64,000 bases of DNA from an uncultured virus (IMG/VR IMGVR_UViG_3300025676_000011) (Duplodnaviria > Heunggongvirae > Uroviricota > Caudoviricetes), in the IMG/VR virus record IMGVR_UViG_3300025676_000011, positions 1 through 64,000 of that record; one strand, 5' to 3'. A model generated the notes under the pieces. The model made no database searches. It was not told where the DNA came from and worked only from the letters and a program-made list of their open reading frames with translations. Position numbers and translations under genes: made by a program. Below, in pieces: positions 37,901-47,640 of this stretch (within the stretch, counting starts at the first letter, position 1; each line of letters begins with the position of its first letter).

Positions 37901-40863
37901 CACCATCACCATTAGATACTAAGACGGGAAAAATGGTATTTAATGATTTTGAAGGTGATATGTATATTACAACTAATGCTGATTTGGTAGTTAGAATAGA
38001 TGGTTTAACAAGAACATTTCAGACGAGTTATGGTGTTACTGGATTAACACATTCGATTTTTTATGAACCGGTTAATGAGGGTATATATGTTTATGGATCT
38101 GCTAGTTTATGGAAAATAGATAATGGCGCTACACAATCGATTGCTTTACCATCACAAGCATTCAATGATGTTATATTTAATAATATAACTGGTGAGATGA
38201 ACGTATCCGATTCATCTACAAATTTTACTAGAATGAATTTAGATACTGATTTTTATTTACAAACCGGTGTTTCTAATTATGGGTATTTAATGATAAATCA
38301 ATTTGATGGTGATGTTTATTTATCATCACAAACATATGATAATATACTGGTTTTGGATGGTGTTGATGGTACTGTTAAATATACCGCTCCTGTGAGCGCA
38401 CAGACGACAAAATTAGTTTATAATCCTGAAAGAAAATCTATATGGGCAATACAGCCATCTATAAACTCAGTCGTTGAGCTTGATGTTGAGCTTGGTGGTG
38501 TTATAAATTTATTACCACCAACATATGATACAATTGAGGATAATCAATACGGTACTTTGGATCCAGATTATGAACAAAGAGAAAGTATTTGGTTAAAAAC
38601 CAGAGATTATATGAGAAGACCGAGAGAAAATTTTGAGGGTGATGTCTCTGTTAAGTATTATTGGAGGTGGCTTTCTGATAATGTTCCTCAATTCTTCTTA
38701 TATGATTTTAGTGGTATTCAATTAGATAGAACCACAACTGGATCATATTCTTATATTGGTGAAAGACCTTTAACAGAAGTAGTTCTTAATAAATATCCAA
38801 ATAGTGATATTAGTAAGGTATCTTTGTCACAATACCAACAAACTATATTCGATAAGGTCGAACAAACATTAAGTTATGTTGATGATGAGGATGATATTTC
38901 AACTGATGTAGAACCTTTGCAATTATTTTTGGGATTCAAATCTGAAAATCCAGGTGCTTTAAGATCTGTATTGCAATTGTATAAGAAAGAAGAAATTTAT
39001 TTCGATATTATATCGGATACTGTGAATAGTATTACACTTGAAACTTTGGATATTAATAATGAGAATAAAAGAGGTCAATTAACAATATTAGAATCATCAA
39101 TTGAAACATTTACTAAAAAGGGATTAAAACCTGGTCAACATATTGTTGTTTATTTAAAGGATACTATGAATGATGAAAATCAGTATATATCTGGTAATAA
39201 TGGTATTCTTTTGAAGGTTAGGGAGGTTTATACCAAGACGTTAGTTGTGGATTTCTTTAATCTATCTTATGACTTCATAGAGTATGAAAATACTGTTATA
39301 TCGGATTATCCATTTGTCGGTACTAATACTTATTTAGATTTAAGTATAAAGGTTGTTGATAGAGAAATAGGTAGGTTCACAACCTATGCTGAGACAGAGG
39401 AGGAAGATATTCGATTTAAAGTAGAATTGGGTAATGTTGGTAAATTAATTGGTCCAAATGAAGTTTTTATATTCAAGGAGTATGATATATTAGAGGGTGG
39501 TATAGACTGGCCTTATCTCAATAAGAAGAGAAAGGAGATGTTGATGATGAAACATTTGATATATCCTTATATCGGAGCTTATAAGTCTATTATAAATGCG
39601 ATTAATTACTTTGGTTATAATGATTTACAATTGAATGAATATTATAAAAATGTTGATCCAGCTTCCGAGAATTTCTCTAAGTTGTTTAAGGTTGAAATAC
39701 CTGATATATTTGATAATAGTGTTGATGGTTGGGAAGAAAATGACTTCATAAAACACACAATGCCGAATAATAAATTTGATGGTACAAATTTATTTAATTT
39801 AACATATTTTATAACAGATAAAGAGGGTAATAATGTACTCAGTTATAGTATTGATGAAATTATTATAAAATTACAAGGATTGAAATTTTGGCTTAAGAAT
39901 AATATTATCCCATTGACACATAAGATAATGGATATAACAGGTAAATCTTATATAAATAATGGTACTTATATAGTACACAAGGTACATGATGTTAGAATAT
40001 TTAATATAAATCAAGAAATGACACCGATAACATTTAAATTAAATGAGTCTTATTTATCTCCTGTTAATAGTGGATCTACTGTTTATGATTGTGTTCTTGA
40101 TTTTTATTCAATAATACCTGGAGTTGGTGCTGAGATTACACCATCGGAGACATTATTAGAAAAGCCTAAAACTTTTAATGGTTCTAATTTGGTTCTTCCT
40201 GATTATTTTAATATTAAAATAAGAACTTATAAAACTTATAAAGAATGGGCTCCTTTTAAAACTTATATTACCGGTGATAAGGTTACTTATTATGATAAAT
40301 TATATGAGTCTGTTATTGATAACAATAAGGTTAAAAATCCTAGAAAATATGAAAATGCTACTGAGTGGAATGCTACTGATGGTTACCAATTAACTAATAT
40401 AGTTCAATATAGAAGAGATTTTTATGTTTATAGTGGTTTAGGTAATACACAATCAATCATCAGTCCTAATTTAGATCCAGGAAATTGGTTAGATGTTACT
40501 GAGTGGAGGCAACTTGATTATGATCCTGTACAGACTATAAATGAATTTAGATCTGGTGATGATTTGTTACCATTTAATTTCATTATTGATTCAAATATTG
40601 ACCCGTTTATAGTCATTGAAGTTACATCAGATAATGGATATGGTAGTGTTTATAGTGATAAAAAAAATTATGAAATTAGAGGATTGAAAGATTTAACAGA
40701 ACCATATAATCCTATTGATCCAATTGGTCCTTTTGAGCCAATACCACCAGTTTATGGAGAACAACCAGCAATTCCTTTCCATGGTGGGCATGGAAACCCA
40801 CATGGTGAGCCACCAGTACTACCACCACCCGGCCGTGGAGGAATTCCAAATATTTCGCCGTAG
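34996..40863 (+). CDS. Large virion structural protein (baseplate/receptor-binding-like) with beta-propeller repeats and CBM5/12-like motifs
   Basis: 1955 aa; repeated F/YNP.N..LYV/IY blades; WAPFKTYITGDKVTYYDKLYES; IGAYKSIINAINYFGY; late-type motif upstream. Confidence 0.6.
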   Translation: MSNHKNLVFFNKEGDYLNFNYSESNDRFEGDMLFHENSTDTFKTYGLYTMENIPSFEFELPGELTTKKFQLFNEYGLNLYGAKYDDQDIINIEPVNNDPSFYSKWIYGIDFESKFPTGTLIKFNSPLFEFNNINQTYAVVSSKKNAIMIIGQMDNATFESTYYSSYIDVNSYDNKTITGINAVGVYNYIDSSYDNNLSDWSEPDFYDEYYVGKKLNLVNTEFNDSVVSVENIDVTDQVHFEFSTNNSNLPDDSNFIIEVITKTDIPKVYEGGLSITTDSRIYINNVFNYPHILKSGTEFKIIGSVDNQNFLRVSNIPTFAGNTQLTYYATQSQVLFNNRIYECVKGYTQSFASQTTSFVTPLNTNYWSNPTYVKVEQSTVAESLLSAQIYLTTDRYYFYTGWTSSAAVTLASAADKYKEDLKIFNIDLFYKNNTLKSDLIYPSDYAKVNFYHSEIGATYSIGSELKTSERLVEVEEELNYELNYDISENFKYNIVFTDIDEFGILVEVNKMIYDEEVAFIYTGSIIDMERTIDRTLRSWLSRWYLRLLSLGIIAELKYVGNYTSVFYNSIVLRTEYPNVPLDINNVEVGITANYHIEHSRVLFDDMGPFLNIIINDESYSQQTIYSGLLPDIPSTLSAWMEKHSEILVSFEIFVTNINNLLKFDIKHLGRRLDYTITTGKLNIPGLQDYIITEKILGNHGMLIASNEVLLPDTSLTSFEDSGFATGMVFAINNTYHPYVNQDFNIQFLDPQVLNLSYQGPFWGLTDSICNSSAFVTLAFDYGFGQTGCQPIIVPTQSEGGAFGGGDDGASPGLPMSSFDLNMFSLSYNLNEYVVNEYDLNSFSGTTGLVDIKYVQLSNSMYAYGDELVVIDAYIGQYITTVALPGNTQSIEVEFNPINNYLYCLSKNSIYVVDPLINTLINTISLSNDAFDIGMNPINGDVYVTYDNIPYIDIWEYNNLTNIPNHNLTTPSPLDTKTGKMVFNDFEGDMYITTNADLVVRIDGLTRTFQTSYGVTGLTHSIFYEPVNEGIYVYGSASLWKIDNGATQSIALPSQAFNDVIFNNITGEMNVSDSSTNFTRMNLDTDFYLQTGVSNYGYLMINQFDGDVYLSSQTYDNILVLDGVDGTVKYTAPVSAQTTKLVYNPERKSIWAIQPSINSVVELDVELGGVINLLPPTYDTIEDNQYGTLDPDYEQRESIWLKTRDYMRRPRENFEGDVSVKYYWRWLSDNVPQFFLYDFSGIQLDRTTTGSYSYIGERPLTEVVLNKYPNSDISKVSLSQYQQTIFDKVEQTLSYVDDEDDISTDVEPLQLFLGFKSENPGALRSVLQLYKKEEIYFDIISDTVNSITLETLDINNENKRGQLTILESSIETFTKKGLKPGQHIVVYLKDTMNDENQYISGNNGILLKVREVYTKTLVVDFFNLSYDFIEYENTVISDYPFVGTNTYLDLSIKVVDREIGRFTTYAETEEEDIRFKVELGNVGKLIGPNEVFIFKEYDILEGGIDWPYLNKKRKEMLMMKHLIYPYIGAYKSIINAINYFGYNDLQLNEYYKNVDPASENFSKLFKVEIPDIFDNSVDGWEENDFIKHTMPNNKFDGTNLFNLTYFITDKEGNNVLSYSIDEIIIKLQGLKFWLKNNIIPLTHKIMDITGKSYINNGTYIVHKVHDVRIFNINQEMTPITFKLNESYLSPVNSGSTVYDCVLDFYSIIPGVGAEITPSETLLEKPKTFNGSNLVLPDYFNIKIRTYKTYKEWAPFKTYITGDKVTYYDKLYESVIDNNKVKNPRKYENATEWNATDGYQLTNIVQYRRDFYVYSGLGNTQSIISPNLDPGNWLDVTEWRQLDYDPVQTINEFRSGDDLLPFNFIIDSNIDPFIVIEVTSDNGYGSVYSDKKNYEIRGLKDLTEPYNPIDPIGPFEPIPPVYGEQPAIPFHGGHGNPHGEPPVLPPPGRGGIPNISP

Positions 40864-40977
40864 TGTTTCGAATCCAAAATAATAGCTCATCAAAAGTTGA
40901 ATATTTTACCTAACGCTCGATTAATTTAATGGTACACGTTTCCAGACATATACGGTTTTTAGTAAAACTAAACATCA

Positions 40978-41012
40978 TAAAAAAACCCCATCATAAAAAT
41001 GATGGGGTTTTT
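40978..41012. terminator. Bidirectional terminator
   Basis: AAAAACCCCATCAT...ATGATGGGGTTTTT. Confidence 0.85.
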
Positions 41013-41033
41013 ATTTATTGTTTATTCTATTAT

Positions 41034-41714
41034 TTAGTTGTTTGGTTCAACAACGTTTGCTTCAACAACTTCCGATTCAACCTCTTTAGCTACTGGTGGT
41101 GCGATATTAACACCCTCTTCAAAAGAAAGTACCCAGTCTTGTATTTGAGTTGAAAGATTCTTAGCTGTAGCATCATAGTAATTAAATACTTTACTGATTG
41201 CTCCAATTCTACGTAGAACTTGTGCGAAGTAATAAGCTGCGTTTGTAAGTCCTTTTACTTTATGCTCTGATATTAAGTGATAGATATATGTTATCTCAGT
41301 TGCGTTTACAGGAAAAGATACTAGGTCTGTATCATTTGTGTATTTAGCTTCTTTCATACCACCTAATAATTCTGTTAGTTCGATAGCAAAGAATACAGTA
41401 TTTGTATCATATTCTAAATGCTTAAGAATTAAATCAGTTAAGAATTTATATTGTTTTCTGTTTAGGTGAAAATTATATTTCGCATTTGTCATAACAACCG
41501 ACAATTCTTTCCAAAGCATTTGTGAATTTTTATAAAGTTCATCTTTTTCTTCAGCGGATTTACCTTCACCATGATTATTTATCATATAATCATTGATTTC
41601 TTCTATTTTAGAATCAAGAGCTGATTCATTTTCAGGTGTTAATAACAGTTGTTCTATTTCATTTTCCATGAAAGTAACATCTGGTTTGATAACATTTGTT
41701 TCGATTTGTGTCAT
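41034..41714 (-). CDS. Hypothetical protein
   Basis: ORF track. Confidence 0.75.
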   Translation of the reverse strand: MTQIETNVIKPDVTFMENEIEQLLLTPENESALDSKIEEINDYMINNHGEGKSAEEKDELYKNSQMLWKELSVVMTNAKYNFHLNRKQYKFLTDLILKHLEYDTNTVFFAIELTELLGGMKEAKYTNDTDLVSFPVNATEITYIYHLISEHKVKGLTNAAYYFAQVLRRIGAISKVFNYYDATAKNLSTQIQDWVLSFEEGVNIAPPVAKEVESEVVEANVVEPNN

Positions 41715-41744
41715 ATTAATTAATTTATTTTTTATCTATATTTA

Positions 41745-41999
41745 TTATACTCTTTCTGTGTAAATTGTTTCGTCAAATATTGAATTTAATGATTCTAATT
41801 TATCTTTTGAGTTTGTATATTTTTCAATCCATTTATCATGTTCATCCATTAAATCAGAATGTTCACCTATAGCTACTAAGTTGTTTACATATAGTGAAAG
41901 GTTAGCTCTTGCTTCTTCCATTTCTGCTTCATACTTTTTTCTTAAAGCTTTGATGTAGTTATATCCTAGGTTTTCACCTTGTTTTATCTTGTTTTCCAT
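41745..41999 (-). CDS. Small coiled-coil hypothetical protein
   Basis: ORF track; AIGEHSD motif between helices. Confidence 0.75.
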   Translation of the reverse strand: MENKIKQGENLGYNYIKALRKKYEAEMEEARANLSLYVNNLVAIGEHSDLMDEHDKWIEKYTNSKDKLESLNSIFDETIYTERV

Positions 42000-42000
42000 A

Positions 42001-42432
42001 TTAAACTATAAATTCTTCGTCACTTTTAGCATCCTTTTGTTGCTCTTGATACAATTCCTCAACTTTATTAGCTCTTGCTACTTTTTCCACACCATATTTG
42101 TTTACTAATCCAGAGAATGTATTAAGGTCTGTTCTAACTAATTTAATTTTACCAGAATCGATGTTAATATTAATTTTATCAATTTCTTGTTCGAATAAAA
42201 TTGTTATTGATTCATCATCATAAGCAGTTAATAAATCTTCATTGATTGAAATCAATAATTCCTTATCCATGATTGCTACATACTTATCTGGTATTTTACT
42301 CACGTTGATGATTGCTTTTTGTTTCTGGTCTCCTTGAAATTGAAATTTCATTGATACAGGGAATGACTTTTTATTGAAAATCTCATAAAAGTCGCTTATT
42401 GTGTCTTCCGACAGTTCGTAAAATCTATCCAT
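42001..42432 (-). CDS. Hypothetical protein (possibly a degenerate phage metallopeptidase fold)
   Basis: ILFEQEIDKI sits where an HExxH would be expected, and D...F..LV.KYG follows. Weak. Confidence 0.45.
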   Translation of the reverse strand: MDRFYELSEDTISDFYEIFNKKSFPVSMKFQFQGDQKQKAIINVSKIPDKYVAIMDKELLISINEDLLTAYDDESITILFEQEIDKININIDSGKIKLVRTDLNTFSGLVNKYGVEKVARANKVEELYQEQQKDAKSDEEFIV

Positions 42433-42486
42433 TGTTTAATGTTTTTGTTTTTATATTATAAGGTGTATATATGAAAAGTTTACTAT

Positions 42487-42960
42487 TTATATAAATAAAA
42501 ATAGTAATATCGTTGATAAAACGACAGCAGTTGGTATTACTTTATAATATAAGTTATTGTAATACTTATCTGACTTAAAAATTGAAAATCCAACAACAAT
42601 TAAGTATGAGTATTTATCAACTTTATCAATCTTATAAACATCATAAAGTTCTAGTAGTCCTTTTGAAGATAAATACTTTGATAATTCTGATGTATATTCT
42701 TTTATGTAGGTTTCTGATATTTTATCTATATCTGCCTTTTTAAGTGAAAAATTTTCCCCTATTAAATCTTCTGGTACGTTAAGTACTGTGTAAATTCTCT
42801 TAGCACTATCAATTCTAACATTGAATTTTGGCTCTAGTTCAAATTGTATTTCCTTTAAAATCTTTTTATAAGATCTAAAGAGTTTGATCTTTTTAAAGAG
42901 TGATATATTCTTATTCATAAATGTTATATCATTAATAATGTTTTTGTTTATGTGAATCAT
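42487..42960 (-). CDS. Hypothetical protein with a C-terminal TM helix
   Basis: ORF track; hydrophobic C-terminus. Confidence 0.7.
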   Translation of the reverse strand: MIHINKNIINDITFMNKNISLFKKIKLFRSYKKILKEIQFELEPKFNVRIDSAKRIYTVLNVPEDLIGENFSLKKADIDKISETYIKEYTSELSKYLSSKGLLELYDVYKIDKVDKYSYLIVVGFSIFKSDKYYNNLYYKVIPTAVVLSTILLFLFI

Positions 42961-42972
42961 TAATTTTAAAAA

Positions 42973-45900
42973 TTAGTTTAATTCCTCTACATTCTGAATC
43001 TTTCCATCACTCGCATCTTGTATAAATTCATCTATTGTGTTTGTTGATTTGTCAATATTTGTCAATAATCCTATTAATAAATCCAGTTGTTGTGGTATTG
43101 ATCTACCTTCTAAACCATACTTAGTTTTATCTGTAAGATTAGGTAACTTAACATTCTTTTTACCAACTGATTCTGGTTTATCTTCTCCACCCCATAATCC
43201 GGTAAATTTACCGAGGTCATCCATTGGGTGCCATCCACCATCATTCTCACTTTTTATTTGACTTAAATCATTTGCTAATTGATCAGTTTGAAGAGATTTA
43301 ACTTCCTTTAGCTTTTCCATGTTGATTGCTTCTAAAGCAATTCCAAATTTCTCAAAAGAGGTGGTTAATATATCATATGAATCCGCTAATACAACCATAC
43401 CACCTGCAATTCTCATTATTGGATCCTCTCCAAATCCAAATGCGCCAGCAACACTACCCAAGAAGGATCCTTCTTTTTCTTCGACTCTTGTTAAATACTC
43501 AGCTAATCTAGTATAGTCTATTATATTTCTGCTTAATTTCTTTATAAAGAGAGGGTCTATTTTAACATCAAAATATTTTTTATTTTTATAAAAAATATAA
43601 GCTGTGTTTGCCATAGCTTGTGCTACTCTATCAATAATACCCATATCTTTTTCAGTTCTAACCACTTCCGTTTTCGTACTCGTCTTAGCACCGAAACCAG
43701 CAAATCCTCCTGATTTACTACTTGTAGTTTTTGTTGAAGTAGTTACTAACATATCATCAAGCCATTTTCCCAACTTTGCGAATCCCATTACATTCGTAGC
43801 TATATTTGGTATAAATTTTGGATCTAGTTTAACTGCAAAATATCTTTTATTATCAAAAAGAATACGGGCTGTGTTTGCCATTGATTGAACACCACCCTCC
43901 AACATTGAGGAGTTCACAGAAAAACTGTATTCGCTGTATCCAGCCATAGTTAAATCATAAAATATATCTAAAAAGGAATTTATCGCCTTTCGAATACCGA
44001 TACCCCATGCTTCATCAGGATGATTTTGCCAATATTCTTTCCCAACACTCCCTAGTGTTTCTCCAGCACTCCTTATAGATCTAGCTATGATTCTTATCCC
44101 AGATCCTAGTGATTGTGCTACTTCCTCTTGGCTTGGTCCAGTCCATCCACCACCATTTGTCATCATCAGATTAAAGACTTCCGAGAACGATCCAATTGCT
44201 TCTGCAACACCTTTACCCCAACCTTTACCAGGAACATTGTCCTTTTTCCATATTTCTGGGATAGTGTCATAAAATATCCAACCCGCATCAACTATCGCCC
44301 TTGAAACCGATCGAATTCCGTAACTCATTGCCTTTATTGTCGTAACAGACGAAGAATACCAGCTCGTATTGTTCATAGCTTCAAATACTGGTGCAAATGA
44401 GTTAATTGCTGCTCCAACACCTTCTCCCCAACGTTTTTTTGGATAGTTTTTCTTAAATGCTGCTTTATTTTCTGCGAATATACCCGCTGCATCTATAATA
44501 GCATAAGATATAGATCGGATAGCTCTTTCCATATCAGCTACTGATGGTCCATTGGACCACCCTCCTTGATTGTTCAAAACCTCATATACTGGTGCGAATG
44601 CGCCAATTGCTGTTCCAACCCCTTCGGCCCAACGTTTTGATGGTCCATCCTTGAATTGGTCACTCGCTCCGGAAAATTTATCAGCGGCTGATATAATACC
44701 ATCAGAAACCGTTGTGATAGCATTCGTAAAATCATCAGGACCTACACCACTACCACCAAGTATTGACATTATAGAATTCATCTGCATCATTTTATAAATA
44801 GGCATAAATGCTCCTAATGCTATCGATATTCCTTCTGCCCACTCTTTTGTTGGACCACCTTTATAATTTCCCTTATAAAGAGTATGTGATACGGCTACTA
44901 TTGTATCTGCTATCGTCAACATCATACCCTGTGCTACTAAAAATGGATCATCTCCTCCGAAGAATGAAATAATAGCACCCGCTACACTCATGACACCCAA
45001 TGCCATTATAATTGGTGTAAATGTTAAATATAATAATGCTGTAGCTGTTGCCCATTCTAACATACCTGCATTATCATATTTACCCTTGGATAGAATATCT
45101 GATACTTTTGCTATAGTAGCAGCTACAACTAGTATAGCACCTAAACCAGCTAAAAATATTAGTGCTTGTGGACCAAATACCATCAGACCCAAGAGTATAG
45201 CGGCGGTAGCCATAACTGTCATAGCTAAGGCCACTCCGGCTAACCACTCTATACCTGGGTAGGTTTCATAAGTACCTAATGCTTGAATGTAATCCAATGC
45301 TACAATAGCAAGTGCTACAACTAGTATAGCAACTAAACCAGCTAAAAATACTAGTGCTTGTGGACCAAATACAAACGATCCTAAGAGTACAGCAGCGACA
45401 CCCATCGCTACCATACTTAAACCTACTCCGATTATCCAATCTAAACCTGGATATGTATCATAATTACCTAATGCTAAAATGTGTGATGTTACCATTACTG
45501 CTACCGCTATAATCAAAATTGCTAATCCACCTTTTAATAGATCAACAACACCCATCTTACTTAATACCTTCATTGGTCCGACTAATGCAATAGTAAGACC
45601 GGCCATTAATACACCAATTGCTGCTATTTTAAGTATTAGTCCCCAACTTATATCAGCGGTTAATGCTAAAATGTGTGATGATACCATAATCGCTATTGAT
45701 ATCAATGTAAAGAATATTGGTATTTTAGGGAGTGATGACCATTCCATTTTATTCATTGCTTTAACTATTTTTACCATCCCAAATGATAAAACAACAAATA
45801 ATATTGCTATAAGTACTGATGTAAACCATTGCATAAGACCCACTGGTTGTACTAAAGAGAGTGCGTATGATGCTCCTGCTATACCTAGTGCGATAGCTGG

Positions 45901-46797
45901 TAGAATTAATGGTAAGAAAATAGATGCTTGTATTAAATCTTTGGTACCCATTCCCTTAAATGCTTGTAACATATTTCTAATACCATATGATACTACTGCG
46001 AATATTGCCGCTATGAATATAGATGCTATTACTTGTGAGAATCCTATTGGTTGTACTAATCCTAATGCGTATGATGCGAGAGCAATACCTAATGCGATAG
46101 CTGGTAAAATCAATGGTAAGAAAAGAACAGATTTCACTATACTGGCCATTGATAGACCCTTAAATGCTCCTAATAATTTTCTAATACCAAATGCAATTAC
46201 CGAAAATACACCAGCTACAAAAACAGCGGTTATTGCTTGCATAAATGATATAGGCCTTATCATTGATAATGCGTAAGATGAAAGAGCTACTGCTATTGAC
46301 ATAAATACCATAGCTAAAGAAGCCAGAGCTATATCTTTTAATGAGGATCCTTTGGTCGCTTCCGCCACTTGAGCAAACGCGAATCCTATTGCTACCATAG
46401 CTAATCCTAAACCAATAGCTGATAAAACATCAACCGGTCCGACTAATTTCAACGCTAATCCTATTGCTAAAACAGCTACTGCTATTAGTAATATAGTACC
46501 AACACCTTTTTTAATACTACTTTCTTTCTTCTTATCAGTACCACTTTCCTCAATAACATCCTTAGATTTCTCTTTGGAAAGAGCTATTATTGTTTTCTGA
46601 TTGGTTAAAATTTCTTGAGTATCAGTTTTAATTGATTGTATACCTACGTTTATGGCTTCTAATTTCTTACCAAAATCACCTCCTTTTAATGCAGCGCCTG
46701 TTGCAGAAGCACCATCTTTCTTACTATCGAGAGCTGCCGCTATCATTTCTAATGAAACTGATAAATTGTCTAATGCTTTTAATAATTGCTTATCCAT
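42973..46797 (-). CDS. Tape-measure-like / membrane-interacting virion protein
   Basis: 1274 aa, Ala/Gly-rich hydrophobic helical repeats, repeated P.K.WAEGVG.AIGAFAPVY units. Confidence 0.6.
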   Translation of the reverse strand: MDKQLLKALDNLSVSLEMIAAALDSKKDGASATGAALKGGDFGKKLEAINVGIQSIKTDTQEILTNQKTIIALSKEKSKDVIEESGTDKKKESSIKKGVGTILLIAVAVLAIGLALKLVGPVDVLSAIGLGLAMVAIGFAFAQVAEATKGSSLKDIALASLAMVFMSIAVALSSYALSMIRPISFMQAITAVFVAGVFSVIAFGIRKLLGAFKGLSMASIVKSVLFLPLILPAIALGIALASYALGLVQPIGFSQVIASIFIAAIFAVVSYGIRNMLQAFKGMGTKDLIQASIFLPLILPAIALGIAGASYALSLVQPVGLMQWFTSVLIAILFVVLSFGMVKIVKAMNKMEWSSLPKIPIFFTLISIAIMVSSHILALTADISWGLILKIAAIGVLMAGLTIALVGPMKVLSKMGVVDLLKGGLAILIIAVAVMVTSHILALGNYDTYPGLDWIIGVGLSMVAMGVAAVLLGSFVFGPQALVFLAGLVAILVVALAIVALDYIQALGTYETYPGIEWLAGVALAMTVMATAAILLGLMVFGPQALIFLAGLGAILVVAATIAKVSDILSKGKYDNAGMLEWATATALLYLTFTPIIMALGVMSVAGAIISFFGGDDPFLVAQGMMLTIADTIVAVSHTLYKGNYKGGPTKEWAEGISIALGAFMPIYKMMQMNSIMSILGGSGVGPDDFTNAITTVSDGIISAADKFSGASDQFKDGPSKRWAEGVGTAIGAFAPVYEVLNNQGGWSNGPSVADMERAIRSISYAIIDAAGIFAENKAAFKKNYPKKRWGEGVGAAINSFAPVFEAMNNTSWYSSSVTTIKAMSYGIRSVSRAIVDAGWIFYDTIPEIWKKDNVPGKGWGKGVAEAIGSFSEVFNLMMTNGGGWTGPSQEEVAQSLGSGIRIIARSIRSAGETLGSVGKEYWQNHPDEAWGIGIRKAINSFLDIFYDLTMAGYSEYSFSVNSSMLEGGVQSMANTARILFDNKRYFAVKLDPKFIPNIATNVMGFAKLGKWLDDMLVTTSTKTTSSKSGGFAGFGAKTSTKTEVVRTEKDMGIIDRVAQAMANTAYIFYKNKKYFDVKIDPLFIKKLSRNIIDYTRLAEYLTRVEEKEGSFLGSVAGAFGFGEDPIMRIAGGMVVLADSYDILTTSFEKFGIALEAINMEKLKEVKSLQTDQLANDLSQIKSENDGGWHPMDDLGKFTGLWGGEDKPESVGKKNVKLPNLTDKTKYGLEGRSIPQQLDLLIGLLTNIDKSTNTIDEFIQDASDGKIQNVEELN

Positions 46798-46876
46798 AAA
46801 AAACTTTTATTTCCAAAGTATATATAAAAACTGGATACGTCTTCTTAATATATACATGTACAAATAATACATTATT

Positions 46877-47326
46877 ATGGGATTTAAAAAGTTAGTTAAT
46901 TACTACGTATTACGCAAATCTTTAAAAGAAATCGAGATGAATAGAATTTTAGAAAAAATATACAAGAAAATAAAAATTTCTACTAAAGAAAAGAAATTTT
47001 TGGATTTATATAATCGTACTACCGAAGAGGTTGCTAAGGATTTGATGTTCTTGTCTAAAAATGCAACTTCTAGAAAGGTTAAAGAAATATTAGAAAGAGG
47101 TAAGAAAGTCATTTGTGATTTACATGATAGGGATGGTAAAATTGGACTTGAGATACTTAGTATTGAGAATAATGTCGATTCTGTTACATGTGATGTTATT
47201 ATGAGAAATGAGACACATCAATTACATGATAGATTTTTATATAATATTATTTATAATAATATAAAAAAAGAGTATTCATTACAAGAACAAGACGAATATT
47301 ATGAAAAAATAGAAGCTACGAAATGA
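46877..47326 (+). CDS. Hypothetical protein with an N-terminal DUF6576-like motif
   Basis: MNRILEKI...ISTKEKKFLD. Confidence 0.55.
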   Translation: MGFKKLVNYYVLRKSLKEIEMNRILEKIYKKIKISTKEKKFLDLYNRTTEEVAKDLMFLSKNATSRKVKEILERGKKVICDLHDRDGKIGLEILSIENNVDSVTCDVIMRNETHQLHDRFLYNIIYNNIKKEYSLQEQDEYYEKIEATK

Positions 47327-47595
47327 TAAAGAAATTTAAACAATTTAATGAAGAAATATCTGGTACTGAATTGGTTGGTCCTATTGGTCCTGCTTATGGT
47401 GAGACGGGGTTACAGAATAAAACCATAAATTCACATGACACAAATGTTATTTATTCAGAGATGGATTCTAAGATATATACAATAGATGAATATAATGATA
47501 TTTATGGTGAGTACCTTAAATTTGGTGGATCTCCGTTAGATGGATTTACAAAAGAAAATATAGATATAATATTGGATTTTTTACAAACTAATTAA
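47323..47595 (+). CDS. Small hypothetical protein with capsid-targeting-like N-terminus
   Basis: MIKKFKQFNEE. Confidence 0.75.
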   Translation: MIKKFKQFNEEISGTELVGPIGPAYGETGLQNKTINSHDTNVIYSEMDSKIYTIDEYNDIYGEYLKFGGSPLDGFTKENIDIILDFLQTN

Positions 47596-47640
47596 TTTAA
47601 TTTATATATACATTTTGATAAAAAACAGAAATCAAAATTT

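Noticed and set aside
40864..41153. Readthrough or frameshift extension of the 1955-aa gene, and ORF 40929..41153
   Set aside because: The frames I checked after the TAG close quickly, and the small ORF crosses a terminator and overlaps a convergent gene.
43037..46867. Several plus-strand ORFs, including the 265-aa 45479..46276
   Set aside because: Antisense shadows of the Ala/Ile/Gly-rich 1274-aa gene, with no independent signals.
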